Source: Callorhinchus milii (taxonomy: Eukaryota). Taken from it: a stretch of DNA of 64,000 nucleotides. Below are positions 24,597-39,000 of the stretch, in pieces. A program made the position numbers and the translations under genes. Position 1 is the stretch's first letter; every line of letters starts with the position of its first letter. Below the pieces are notes generated by a model. It was given only the letters and a program-made list of their open reading frames with translations, did no database searches and was not told where the DNA came from. The stretch spans positions 25,854,001 to 25,918,000 of the forward strand of contig NW_024704747.1 of the NCBI RefSeq assembly GCF_018977255.1, given 5' to 3'.

Positions 24597-25335
24597 CTTT
24601 AGTCTCTTTGTCCGACACTTCTGAGTCTGAAGCGACTCCTTCAGCAGCCGCACTGGCCTCCAGTGAACTGAGCTTTGGCTCAGGACTTTTCAGAGGTTTT
24701 CCTTTGGTGGAATCCTGTGCGTTTGGCTTCTCAGTTATTTTCCTGTCCACTGCAGACTGGCTGGCCACCTGAGGTTTGCTGACAAACCCCAGGGCCGACT
24801 GCGGCACCACATTTGAACTGATATCTGCAACATTGCCATAGTCCAGGTTTTTCTCCACCGGGTAAGCTTGGCAAAGTCTGAAATATCCAGGGATGGGAAT
24901 CTCAGGATTATCAATAGAGCAGGTCTCAGGGATCAGCCTGTGATAACCGGGAATTTCTGAAGAAGTGACTTTAGCTCGTTTATCAGAATTATACATGCAG
25001 CAAGTACTTTCTTCCTTCACGCTAGCAGGGAAAGAACACGTGGGCATCTGCGGAGTAACAGGTTGCTCAATTCGGCATGGTCTCGAAGGGTCAGCCCAGC
25101 CATCTACCTGAGATAAATACGGATGAACACTCATAGTCATATTTGGGTGACAAATCTCTCCTCGTTTAGTCATTGTCGGGAGCAGTCCACAGGTCTGCAT
25201 TCCGTAAGTTCCCATATCTGTGCTCGATTGCATGTACATGGGGCTGTTTGAATAGAAATTATCGCCTCTACACGCACTTATCAGAGAATCTACTAAAAAC
25301 GAGTTAGTAGCGGGAGAGCTGTTGGGGCAAGACAT
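24597..25335 (-). CDS. HOXD10: Hox-D10 exon 1 (protein about 338 aa)
   Basis: MSCPNSSPATNSFLVDSLISACR, YGMQTCGLLP and IPGYFRL PG10/D10 motifs. Donor AAAG|GTGAGT. Confidence 0.95.
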
Positions 25336-25427
25336 TTTGAGGAGTAATTTGAAGAAGGGAGAAGATGTCCTTTGTATGGTGACATCTCTAGCAAAACATT
25401 CCCCGTGTAATTGTGGATTCCTCTGCA

Positions 25428-25565
25428 CAACCACATGACAACTAAGCCAATGGAATTTGAAAGTGGCCTTGAGGCGCTGCCTCCCTCATATCACATGATC
25501 CGCAAGGAGCTGAAATCCAACTCAACTGCGGGCAACAGCGACATCTACAATGCCAATTGGAAACT
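25428..25565 (-). promoter_or_regulatory. Hoxd10 proximal promoter motifs
   Basis: CACATGAC followed by CCAAT, a second TCACATGA, and CCAATTGG. Confidence 0.55.
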
Positions 25566-28500
25566 GATCCTTGCTCCAGCACTCTGCCATCCCCACAGAG
25601 ATTCCGGCTAAAACCATTCAGAGCACGCATACTCCCCCCCCCCCCCCCCCCCCCACCACCACCCCCTCCCCACCGCAAACCCCCACCCCCCGCATAATCT
25701 CGTTCTAATCACCAATAGAAAAATAATTAGCATCGGATGCGTATTGCGTTTGAGAGTCAAAATTGAGAGTACATTGATCGAAGGTAAACCAGATGAAGTA
25801 AGACCGATAGAAGGTTTTCAACATAGCTGTTGATTTAACAGCCCGCATTAGTAGAATGAAACTAATGGAGCTCAGGTTTAAGGTCTGAGACCTCTGTTGT
25901 TTAGGAAAATCCGTTGCAATGCAGTGGCCACAAACTGTTTGTGTATTGTCTACAAATTACGTGTTTGCAATTTAGACCAAACTAAGCCATTCCATTTTGT
26001 TTTATTTAGGCAAAACAACATCTATCACTCGAGTGAATGGAATCAAAATCAGGTTGCATTGTATTAGTACTGCAACTTTCTAGAAAAAAAACTTTGATCA
26101 CAGCTTGGTACAAAAAGCCGCATAAAATAGCTGAGTTATGTTGGCGAAGATCCTAGTGGATTTGGACACGCAAACCGTAAAGGTAACAGCGGATTTACAT
26201 TTCTTTACTCAACTTGTATTGAGTAATTTGTCGAGTCTGAGGTCAGGACACAAAAGTAGGGTATTGTGATTTGTAACTATCGGGAGAGTTTCCGTCATCG
26301 GTATTCATAGCTCTTCTCGGTAATTTTCTTCCTCTTATGGAACTAAATGAATTATATTCTATGTTACAGCTGCAAATATGTAAAAGCATTTTATTACAAA
26401 ATCAATCATATCTTCGTAAAATATAAGATTGATTATTATGAGAGCCCATAATAGAGTTCACATATTGAATTATTGACATCACATCCATTCCCTCCCACCG
26501 TGTGCGATGAATGCCGATGTCGCTTCTTTCCATTACAGAAATCGTTGAAAATAATATTTGGTGTATAACATTGCTATCCACATTTCTGAATACTGCATTT
26601 TTTTTTTTTACATTGGCGTATTTGCACCGAAATCCCTTTCGAAATCAATCCGAGAGACTGCCGAGTGCCACTTGCGATTCTGGCCACCGTTAATTCGTAA
26701 ATGTTGCTTTTAACAAACCATTCACTCACTCGTGTTGCCTAACGCTGAAAACTGTTTCTTAATGTTAAACCCCAACACATCTGCCTGCTGTGGTTTGGTC
26801 GCTGATAATCAATAACAAGATTCTGCCAAACAGACGGGAAGCTATTTTTTTTGAACGGTGCGCTTAGAAAACAGTGACTTTAAAGCATGTCCCTCTGTCT
26901 GGTGGTTGTAATCGCGCTCCTTGTGTTGAGCGTTTCACACTGATTCTTGTTGGGCCGCCATTCCTCAAAGCTTCTCCGAACTTTCCCATTACCGGATGAA
27001 AAAAACTTCAAATGCTGCCATTTATCGAGAAAGAGATTATCAGTGTTTTTGCAAACTACGGTCATGGGGGGGGGGGGGGGTAAAAAAAAAAAGCACGATT
27101 TACGACTTTGACGCAAAAGTACTTTTCCTTCCACACAAACCGAGATTTTCCACTTAAAGAGAACAGTTGAGAAAGCAGCATTGTCAGGGTCAAGGCTGCG
27201 GGCGGCCTAATTTCTTTGTATCTCCTCTTTTTCTAACGCGACGCTACATAATAATGCTCAAAATCATTTTAGAATAACGGATTTTTTTTCCTTGAAGAAA
27301 TATCTAATTTTCTTTTTTAAAATTCTGGATCATTGAAACAATTGCTCAAATCACTCTTATTTATAAGGCGCCATACTGAACCGGTTTAGTCGTTTGCATG
27401 CATTGTATTGCTCTGATTTTGGAACACATTATTTGTGGGAGTTTTATCCTTGCAATGCTCTTGGGTTTAATATATATATATTATACATATATTTAATGTT
27501 TACTGATCAGCAATTGTCAAACAGCGCAACTTCTGAATAGGAATGTATGACAATCCATACATTATATTGCTATAAAACGTAGATTATTTATGCCATGGGT
27601 GGTTTGTTTGCCAATGTATTTCTTAATCGTCACATTGCTGCAACACACAGCCATAATGTTTCCGGGAAGATGTTAGTTCTGTCTCTGAAGATTTTGAAAC
27701 TTTCTCCCTCCTCCTTGTGAAAATGCCTATTTGTGAACACTATAATCACCGAAAAGGGGTGAGTAAAATAAATAAAGAAAGGACCCAATCGGCGCCGTCA
27801 TGCTAATTTATTCAAAGTGCGTCCTTTATTACAATTTATTTTGCATTTGCTGTAATGCAAAATTGATCTTCCACGAAAGAATAATGGTAGTAGGTACAAA
27901 TAATAAAGTGATATTCTTCCTGGCATGTTGCATCCTGTATACACGTATACCCGTGCCTGTTTTTAAGTAGAAAGATATTCGGTTCAAATACTATGCATTT
28001 GTCATGCCATTTTTATTTAGTTCCTTTGTGTACAATCATTTACTACTAAGTCCGCAAACCTAAAAGTCTACATAGCATAAATATTCATGCACTTTTATAT
28101 GACAATAAAATAAATTGTTGTGATTAAAATAAAATCCAATAATGCAATTTTATTGTTAACAAAGAGTACCATTAATTAAACATATATAGTTAGCATGGGT
28201 ATATGTGGAATAATAAGGCGTGTAAATGACTCTTGCAGGCAATAGCCCATTCCCTAGGTCACATATATAAGCAATGAAATGTTGAACGAGAGCCAACGGT
28301 GTGTTTTTATTGCACAACGCCTCCCCATATCATAAACTACATTAAGATTCATTGTCAACAATATCAAACCGCTGTGCCTTTGCTTGAAAGCAACAAATAT
28401 TCAAATAGTGGTGACTGTGGCAGAACTGCAGTGAAATGTCGCTGCACTGCTTCCAAACAACAGATTTTTGCAGCCTTGAACGAGAGATCCCCCATTGTCT

Positions 28501-31500
28501 TATGGCCCACGCAATGCCAAATAGCTATCTGTAAATAAATTCTATTACTCAATTACATAGCCTTCAAAGGATAACACGTCTAGATCTTAGAATTGGCAGC
28601 GGATAGCAAAACATAGTGTCTCGGCGTTGAAGTATTTACTTTTCAGCAAATGTAAGATAGTGCCCTCCTAAGAGGATGGGATTTTTGTTGACTATTGATC
28701 GGTGCCATTCATTTGGCCTTGCGTTATATCTGCTACATTAAATATAGCAATTATGTACCGCAGCATAATGTATGATGACATAGCGAAGGTTACATTTACT
28801 TCTATGCTTGCTTTTTTAGTTGTAGCGCCTTATACTGCAGCGTCTTATGCAGAAAACTTGTTAAATAGCACCTTATCATTGTATTTTCTCGTCTAAACTA
28901 CTCGGTGTTTATACTGGAGCACGATCACTTGTATCTCTAAGCTGGTTGATTGTATCACAACGCACATTAAAACAATAAAGGTCTGAATAATGTATTTACT
29001 AGACATTTATTCAGATAGCGTCGTCTGATAACTACCGCATCACACAAGCAAAATAACTGAATTTGTATTCTGTACGACATATTATAATTGTCTATTTCAA
29101 AAAGCTTACATTAAAAAAATTAAGTCCATGAACCTGTATTATCAGGTTTCTGGTAAAACAAAAAAAACTCATAAAATGTTACGACGACAGCCACACCAGA
29201 CTTAACTGTTGCGTAGACTTTGGAGTGTAAAGTGCCCTGGTATAGAGAATAAAAGACTGTATTATCAGCCAAAGTCATCTTTAGGGGCAGCTCAATTGGC
29301 ACTGGGGCAAATTTCAGCAGCGAAAACGTACATTAACAATAAGAACTAAGTAGGCTGACGGATTAGTCTCCAATTGATGCTTTATTCTTCAATAACGCGG
29401 TTATAGGCTCTTTATGAGAGCAGTGTTACATGTCGTGCTACCTACATTAGTTCTATTGATACCGCTTAATTAAAATCTCGTAAGACTTAAATCGCAAACG
29501 CGGGATACGATTCTCTCTCACCATTTTTATGCATAAATACAGCTTAATGAACACTGGATTGCAACGGGAAACGTTGCAGGGAGGTTAGCGGCACGACACG
29601 TGCAGAGATATCTTCAACATAAACCGAGGTGCCCACACCCAGGGGGTTGGACAAAATAAAAGGACAAGTTCCAAAAAAAAAACACCCGACAATTATTGTT
29701 TCATTGTACAGTGTTAAATCACTGAAACGTCACGGTATGGCTGCCAAACTACTACACCCCGCCCTGAATTTGCCTGGCTGGTAATCGCTCTGGTTGCTGG
29801 ACTCTTGCCATCAGTCTAAACTGGTTATCGACTTGTGACCGTGAAACCGCCAACTACTCGTATCCTTCACTTTCACCTTGAAGCTTTTAAAGACATTTTT
29901 CTTTTGCACGCGTGGAAATTAAAGACTGCTAACTTATGAGAAAAAAGGTTAGCAACGGTTCTTGCGTTACTCTTCATCGTTTAACGGATGGTCGTGCGAC
30001 GTATATATTATATATTATAGATATATATATATATATGAAAATAGCTCTTCCTGTCTGAAAAGTGTGTTTTGTAAACATCCGGTAGAAGGCGCAAAAGACT
30101 TGAGTGAAGCTACATTTGTGAAAAGGTTGTTTCTAACGAATCTTTGCTCTTGACTTGTACCACTGTGAATAGTTTCGGTCAGTGGAAGTTGTTCGGTTAA
30201 ATTGTAAGCGAATAGTAAATGGTCGTAAATGGTACACTACCATTGTGGATTGTCACTGTTTTATTGTGGACCATTGCGAAATTGCAATTAACTGAGAACA
30301 GTTCCAGCAAATTTAAATCATTTAACTCCTTACCACATTAAGGCCCTTGTTTTAATCTTTGCTGATGGCACACACTATTTAATGCCGGTGAGCCATCACA
30401 TGCAACCCGATGATAGAGAGGTCTGCAATTATTTACCTTTTTAAAATTATTACTTGTAAAGTGTATTTTCCGTACAATTCACAAACATGTTTTTTTCCCA
30501 CGAGCTTGTAAAATAACTACGCGGTTAAAAAAAAAACTTACAGGACATTTAAAATAAATAAAGCTGATATTCTCTAAAAGCAAACAGACACCCAATTTTG
30601 GAAAGTATATGATACAAAGAGAAAACGTGTCCGAATTAGGTGGAATGGAAGATACTAAATCGATTAACTACTTAAGCTCACTATGATAAAAATGAAGCGA
30701 ATTTCTGCTTTTTACACACCCACCTCGTGTGATGTGAATAGGAATTTTAAAACAACATAAGCGATTAATACACCAGTACTATTTCGTTACAGATAGTGCC
30801 ATGTTGGCATTTACCGTGATCCGTCGCTTTCAACTATCCAATAGTAATGTGATTTCATACAAGGTTAGGAAAATCTCTACGTAAAGAATACATCACTACA
30901 AACCCGAGAAAAACTGTTTCTCGCAAAGTAGAACCGAAAATGTGGTATGTTAATCGCGTCTAAATGTTTGTACCCTTTTTATTATTCCCCTGGTATGGTT
31001 TGTACACGTTTGCTGTCAATGGCCCCTTGTTTTAACACTGCTTGACAAAATACAGTAATTATAGACTTAGCAAGGAAACTATTTATATTGAACGTTTTAT
31101 TTATCACAAAATAACAAAATGTTTCAATTTCTTTGCGGCCGAAAATGCTGTGAACCGAAGTTAAATATAAAGGTTTCTGCCTTTAGAAACACTATCTGTC
31201 TTTAGTACAGCGGTTTTTAAATGCAAAAGTAACCTGAAATGTTATTTGAATATCACACACAATCCATTTCCCTCGCCTTCCTTGTTTGTTAAATCAGTGG
31301 ACAACTATGTGCATCTAAACGTAGGGCGAATGAAGTTTAAAAGCAGGTTTAGTGTAATAGTTTGAAAAGACTGGTTCAAACAGTGTACTCCGGTTACAAT
31401 ACTTAGCAGCTTTCTTTAAGTTGATCATTTAATATAATCGTTTCAACCTACTTTTAATTCCCCCACGAAGACGCTTTAGAGTTTTAGTATTGCACGATAA

Positions 31501-33803
31501 ACAAATTGTCTTCCATTCATGCCAAACGTTATTATAGTAATCTGGTTTACTCCAAGAATCTTCGATCTGATTGTGAAATGTCTAACCCTTTTGGTTCGGG
31601 CCCCTCAATGTGTAGCTTCATTGTTTGCTGAACAAATTATTCAATCAAAAATAAAAGCACTGAAGCAAATGCGACGAACCTCGTCAAATAAAACGTCGAA
31701 TTTTGCCTTTTGCATCGGCAACAGAAACTGATTTTCATTACTGTGGTCACGTAACTAACTATGAGGCAGAAACGCCCTTCTTAATCTTTTCTTTGCGCCA
31801 GAGCAATAAACTGAATTAACTTACGATTGCAATGAGCTGTCTTCGGGACTCAATTTAATTAGTTAATACTTGCTTTAATTCCATACTCCGGGTTGGTGCT
31901 TCCACTTACATGACAGACACCGGGGAAAAGTCTACAATTCGTAATTCTTAGCTTGTTTCAGTTGGCTCCATGTTCATCCCTGAAAGCCATTACCATGTAG
32001 GCTTTTCACCCACATCCAGTTGCTGGACTCTGGAGCTGAATTACGCCCCCGTGTGGCCATCCGCTACACCAACCAGTGGCAAACAACATCTCCAATGTTA
32101 CGAGCCTCACTGTCAGATATTGTCACATAATTGTCGGTTCTTACACGGGCCTAATCCAATTAGATATGTTATTGGTAATTAGAGCGGTGCACGCAGACCG
32201 GGGGGGAAGACGTATTTAGCAGATTATCGGCGTCCCATGAATCCAGAGAATGTGGAAACACCCCGATTTACATTGCAAACTTCAATTTGTGAGCCGTGAG
32301 TTACTTTTTTTTTCCCCCCCCACCACCCACCCCCTCTCATTTCCATAGAAACCTCCACACCGGTGCGTCGCTGGTGCGGTCTGTGGACGTACAACCAAAC
32401 AAACCCTGGGCAACTTTTCCCATTAAGGGGCTCATCCTTCCTACATAAACTTGTTGAACTATTGATTGAAAGTCTGTCCTTACTGAGAGCAAATGAGTTT
32501 ATTGATGAAGGCTGTAACACAGAAATATCTTTCGACAGTATTGATGAAAAGAACCATTGGTAAACACGTGTTCTTTTTTTCACTGAAAGACGTGTTTGAA
32601 GTTAGTGAATGTTCGAGTTGATTCCCTACGTTGATTATGTGCGTCAGTATTGATACGCACTGCAGCATAATGTTACATATGTACAGATCTTATGTTTTAC
32701 GTTTGGAGGGAAGCTGCAAGAACAACCAAACAGCCACCAGGCGCCTATTTCTTCAAAAAGGTTAAAGGTGATGACCTTGACATTATAGAAGTTCAAAGGC
32801 AACATTATAAGAATTCCCCTACAAAATATGTTTTAGTACCCGCAAGAGGTGATGCCAGAAAGTTGCTACGTATCATCCCGATCTTCCTACTTTATTACTT
32901 TTGTCAACGGTGTTTTTTTTTAGAAAACAATATATACGATTTTACATATAAAATCATATTTTTACTTTGTGATTGATTGTGTTTTGGTTTACTGGTTACC
33001 TTGACATTGGTGTTTTCTTCTATGTTAAAATCCTCGGTCGATTCTTTATTTACTTTGATTTCCCTCATTTTCCTTTTGTTTGGAGTATATTGCGGAAGTC
33101 TTTCTCAGTGACCAGAAGGTGTAATAAGTCGCCATTAAGCTGTTTACTGCAGTGGACTTTATGATGTTGTCTAGACAGTTCAAGGTTTTATAAACAGCCC
33201 ACATTGTCACACCGCACGAACAGACAGGAGACAATTCAACAATTCTTTCACTGACGTGAAACGCAGGAGTTTAGTGAAGTCTTATTTGATGGGATATAAA
33301 ACACTGAAAAGTCTGCTTCAGGCCGAATTATGTTTTCAATATAAAATGAGTAACATTTTCAGTATAATGTGAGCAGTTGTTAATTCAGCGTTAAATGAAG
33401 ATAGCTGTTAGCAATTTTAAATAATCAACCAAAACAGGTTCAGTAATTAATTTTGACATAGATTTTTTTAAGATGAATATGAAAATAAATTAATAGTAGT
33501 AACTTAATATGTGTATTGTCAAAAAAAAGTAGGGTTATCTGCGCCCCAAATACATTTCATAATGTTATTAATTAAAATGATAAGGGAATCCATATTCATT
33601 CTTATATTTCAGTGAACAAAAGTTTCCTCAGATAAGTAGTTAGGGAGAACTATACATTGCCTGTCTCTGTAGCAATATTTTCAGACAATTTAGTGGTTTT
33701 ATTGTATTTCTGAGAACAATATGAACGATTAAAAGGAGCAGTTTATAAATATCTATTTCGGTGAGTTAAAACACAAGAATCTCTCTTTTTTTTAAAAAAA
33801 AAG

Positions 33804-33836
33804 TTTATTTATAAGAAAGCATCTAAGGCCTTTATT
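33804..33836 (-). terminator. Two candidate poly(A) signals of Hoxd11
   Basis: TTTATT at 33804-33809 and 33831-33836, followed on the sense strand by a T-run. Confidence 0.5.
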
Positions 33837-34467
33837 CACTTGAGAAAAATACAAAACAACACATGCTTTAATCATAAAATGTCAACAAATTATAACATCA
33901 AAAGTATATCAAACCGCAACTATTGGACATCTCAACTGTGGGAATTTCTAATTAACAAATAAAATGTATACAACTGAGAATGTAACATAATAAATATACA
34001 TTTTGTTCTTTCCATGACATTGCATATACAAATTGAATAGCTCAGATCAGTTTGGCTACACATTGATTGAAACAAATAAAAAATATATAGTATTGTCTGA
34101 TTGAGCCTTCGCTGTGACATGAACAATAGTTTCACTTCACTTCAGCACACTGCAGCCTATTACCCTGATTTTATTGATTGAAAAGCAGATTGCTGCTCCT
34201 TTCTGTGCCAAACTTCAGAATCCCGAAGAACCTGAGGAATCGGGTAATAGAAATGCTGAGGTATTATCTTATAAATATGCTGCAAGTTTCTACACGATCA
34301 GTCGCCGTGAACCCGAATCCATTCCAAACATAGTAAGTACGCTCCCTTTTCCACCGAAGAAGAGACAGACTGTTTCATTACACTGATAGTTCCTGATTGT
34401 ATAAGTACTGATCGATGGAAGGGCAGTAAGGAGACCGGAGGTTTCATCACGAACGAGCTACGTCTAG

Positions 34468-34700
34468 TCACAATAAAGGGTTCCCAGTAAAAAAGTGCAG
34501 CCGATCTCTGCTTAATTTCTTTTCTTTCATCCTTCGATTCTGGAACCAAATTTTAACTTGTCGATCGGTAAGGTTCAGCATTCTTGACAACTGCAGGCGT
34601 TTCTCTTTGTTTATATAGACGTTGAAGAAAAATTCTCGTTCAAGTTCGCGTATTTGGTATTTGGTGTAGGGGCATCTCTTCTTTCGGGATCGGAGAGGGG
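34468..34700 (-). CDS. HOXD11: Hox-D11 exon 2 (homeodomain)
   Basis: [74 protein letters not shown]. Acceptor cctcag|cc, intron 587 bp. Confidence 0.95.
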
Positions 34701-35287
34701 CTGAGGGCGACATAAGGTTAGAAGATTATTAATTGAGCGTTGTTAATACCCGCCACATAGCTATAAAAGCGTGTTATTTAATTGTTCGGTTCTCTGTGGA
34801 CAACAAACGTGAAATGCTGCAGGAAACGCTGCGAATGCAACGCATCTGCGAGAATTATTTCTTCGTAAAGGTGGATATTATTTGTTAGTAATTCCGGCAA
34901 TGACAGCAACGCGTGGACGTAGCACTTTATTTTCAAACTGGCACTGCTAAAAAAAAAAAATAAGCGAGATCGCGTTGCATTACGATATGAAACACCGGCA
35001 GATTTTGCATAAACAACCCAAAACGTACACCCTCGAAATCCCAAGATTTCCCCCCCCCCCAAAAAAAAAAATGCAAACAGCTGATTTAAACAATTGCTCC
35101 TTTTATATATTGGATGTGCATTCAAAAAGCCCACCTAAAATGATTTCCGATCGTAAACGATCTTTACAACTTTAAAACAGATCTTATAGGGTATATAAAA
35201 CCCCTCGGCTGCTTATAAAATTCCACATAAAATCGGTGAGACGAAGCGTTGGCCTGGACGCTAACCCCGTCTTATCGCTGTACCTAC

Positions 35288-35945
35288 TGGAAACGTTGCT
35301 TTTCTCTGTCGCACTGTGACCGGGGCATTCGGGGTTGTGGTTTTGCGCCGGAGTTTGTCTCTCGTGGTCTGGTGAGAGTTTATCAGACGCCGTTATACTC
35401 TGGCACGCAGGCACAGGCTTTTCGGTCAAGTGTTCACTGTGGGAAGGATCAGAAATCCCATAGGCAGTCTCGAAAAATTGATCGAATCCTTGAGGAAGTA
35501 TCCCGTTCCTGCCCACCGTGGCGTAGAAATTGCAGGTTGCGTTGGCGCCTCCACGGTGACCGTAGACGGTATCGTTTTTAAATAACATTCCCGTCCTGGT
35601 CGGTGGCTGAACGTAGTCCCTGTGCATGATTTCTTCCGCGGAACAGTAAGGCGCATAGCTGCTCCTGTAGTGCCACTTAGTTGGATGCTCTAACCCGTAA
35701 TCTCTGAAGGACATTTCTCGAACAGGTTGAACCTGAGCTAAATTAGTGGAGTAAGGAAATGTCATTTGGCACGAAGTAGTCTGTGGTAAGAACGTGGAGA
35801 CCGACGAGAAATCTGCGGCTGAGACATAGTACGCGCAACTGGGCAGATACATATTGGACGTGCAGCTCGTCCGGTCTTCAAACTCGGTCATGTCTTGTTT
35901 TGGGGGTCGCGGGTAGGAATTAACAGGATTGATGGCGTTAAACAT
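35288..35945 (-). CDS. HOXD11: Hox-D11 exon 1 (first ATG 35945; canonical D11-type ATG 35891)
   Basis: [33 protein letters not shown] and [16 protein letters not shown]11 motifs. Phase-1 donor TCCA|GTAGGT is the one that matches the exon 2 phase. Confidence 0.92.
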
Positions 35946-36009
35946 GCTCCATCTATTCTACTCGAAAGGCGTCTGGTCGGGGTCCGCGAAGGGGGGAAAG
36001 AAAAAAAAA

Positions 36010-36082
36010 TTGGGAACGTAAGCTGACGCGCAATTCATCTTGATTGATTCCAAGGCAAAACGAGTCATGTGATCCAATGTAG
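36010..36082 (-). promoter_or_regulatory. Hoxd11 proximal promoter motifs
   Basis: CRE-like TGACG, TGATTGAT (PBX-type), GTCATGTGA E-box and CCAAT. Confidence 0.55.
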
Positions 36083-39000
36083 GAATTACCATATATCAGA
36101 TTTAGTCATATTGATTTATTCTTGGGAACTCGTAGGTAAGACTTTGGAGTCTGACTTATTAGTGTTCGCATTCTGCCAAGAAGCTGCTTCCTCACCCACC
36201 CCCCACACCCCCCCCCACCCCCCACCCCCCACCTCCACCGATGCCAACACTTTGTGTTTTTGTCGAAGGCTGAAGGAAACACTTCAACACACAACGCAAT
36301 TTGACTCCATATGCAGCTTGTCATAGACACGCTTCTCTTTCTCGAACGTTGGAAAAAACACCCCCAGCGGTTTATCAGTTATTACATTCATATTTACAGT
36401 ATAAAATCTTATTCTACCGATATGGCATTCAATAACACAGCATTGCATTAAGCAGTTACAGCAGCCCATGTACAACGAAGTGGGATTTGGGCGTTACTTC
36501 GTATTAGTGAACCCATTACAACACACATGGGGAATTCGACTTCCAGAGCAGATTGATGTGTGGTTGGGTTTCCATTATATACCTCTTACAGAGGAACTTA
36601 AACGGCGTGTCCTTATATACCGACGTGCATTAATTATTTAATAAAGTGAATAAATGCGATGACGAATTTCACTCAGATTTGGTGATGAGTGGTTGCCAGC
36701 AATTGCCTTACAGATAAAGAGGTTGCTATTTCTTACTGATAAGTTGGCAGACTCGGGCCCCTGTTACTTCTCTTATTGTGTGACGCATCAAAGATTATAT
36801 TTTCACTCCATTCATTCTTCTAACCATGGTTAGAATAACAGATCATATCACCATCTGTGTTACTCAAATTAACTACCCAGTGATTTTATGAATTTAGCAC
36901 AGTATTCTGGCTAGTCTGTAAGTGCGTACAGTGGGACTATATCGTTAAATATAACACCACTATAATATAATATTAACCCCATGAGAACTGCAGCATTTCT
37001 CCACCAAAATAAAAATGGAGCACCAGAGGACATTTAACTTAATGTTCAAATACTACGACATATTGTCTGAAACTGCGCATTTCTCGAATTCTGTTTCCTA
37101 AACCCATCTCCCCAAAAGCATGCACATACAGTGGTTAAATGTTCGGAAATTCGCGATGTGTATTCTGAAATCTGCAAACATGATCTCAGAGCACAAAGAG
37201 TTAAAGTAAATAATCTCCCTGGATGATTTCCATAACCTTTCTCGTTTGGAATACCAAAGAGCATTGTAAAATAAGCCTTTTCAAAATCCATCTATATTCA
37301 TTGGCCTGTGTTTCATATTTGAAAGCTATTTTTTTCTATCTATATGGACTGTGCTTTAAGGTAATCAGAAGACGAATTAGCAGGAAACGCAGAGGATGTA
37401 ACGCTAATTCAGAATATATCCAAGGGAAGCGAAAATCACGGAAAATACGTATTCAGTTCATCAATAAATGTAATCCATGTTCTTATTTATCCATATCCCT
37501 ATCATGGAATGCATACAATATACTGACCTTTAGCATCAATGACTTAATATGCGGCAGCAGAGCACTGTTTTATTGCTTTTGCGTGAGACGAGGTCTTGGT
37601 TGAATAATCTGTATTCCGGGTAAATGCAACTGGATATGCTATTTTGATTTGACCAATTAAATGAAGTATATTTGAATTAATTTAGTTCGCATAGACTAGA
37701 AAATGCTGGCATATCCAAGTCCTGCTTTATTGAGTGAAACGTGTTTATCACTGATCATAGAAGTGACAACAATTCCTTCTTTTCTCGATCCCAAAATATA
37801 GATTCAAATGAAAGATTAGAAAACTTCTGGCAGACAGTGAGCGACTGTTTATTATCTGAAAAAGGTAGAGAGCCATTGTATTGTTTTGATTAGTGAGCGC
37901 CAAAGAGAAAATTGTTAATGATTATAGCATAATAAAGATGCTTTGCCAATGATAGTTTCCCTGGATTCAGATCAAGAATTGCAATCCCATAATTTAACAT
38001 AAGTTAAGTAACGTTGATGATGCATTAGACCATGGGCCTGGGCACCTCACCTAAGTTACTCAACAAAGTAAACGCATGGTTCGTCCATTTTACTGCGAAT
38101 GTTTATTAATATAATAAAATAACCGCGCATTCAGCGCCGAATGTGTTTCCAGTTGAGTCGAACACAACATTTGCAGCATAGTTTCTGTTCCGGGGACCAC
38201 GTATCACTTTCGATCCAGTTTTTCGTTGCATAAAATTCAAACTTAAGCATAAAATAAAATATCTTGAAGTGCAACTGTATTTTGCTTCGTCGTGCGGACA
38301 TTGGCAATAAACCCGGGCTCCTCGGAAAGTGGACGGTTTTTAAAGGAAACGAGGCGGGCAATTAAATGGCATGGTGTTCACCGTGCTCAGATACACAGTT
38401 AAATCATTTGAATTTTTTTCTGTGCTAATTGTATACAGGAACGGATTAAGAGCGCCCTTTGTTCTTGTCCCCAGCGCACACATGTTGAAACGACTTTAGC
38501 AATGATACGTTCGTTGACTGTAAGGATTTCGGCCTATTTTGACCTCAGCCTACATACAAATACCAACCGCCTTGACCCAAATGACCCGTTATTATACACA
38601 ATACCAAGATAACCTTAGTTAGTATCACCGTTTGGTCTTGTGCGTAGCCGCCACATAAAACACAATGTAAAGAAAAGCCACGTACTAACCGCGTGTGTTG
38701 GAGGTATTATTTAAGCAAGTGTTCAAGTCGGAGAGGTATTCTTTGACTGTGGCGTTCCAGATAACATAGGGAAAAAAAAGTTTATTTTTCTTTAACACTG
38801 CACGCAACATTAAGTATTTCAATCGTGAAAAAAATCTCATTAGTCAAGCAAAGTCCATGATCAGTAGGTAGGAGAGACGCGTGCAATCCAAGAAGAGACA
38901 CTAACTTGACCTTAACTTTGTTATGGCGCCCCCAGTATCTGGAGAACATGTACAGACACCGTCTGGCAGCTAGAACCATAAAAATGAGATGAAAAAGAGA

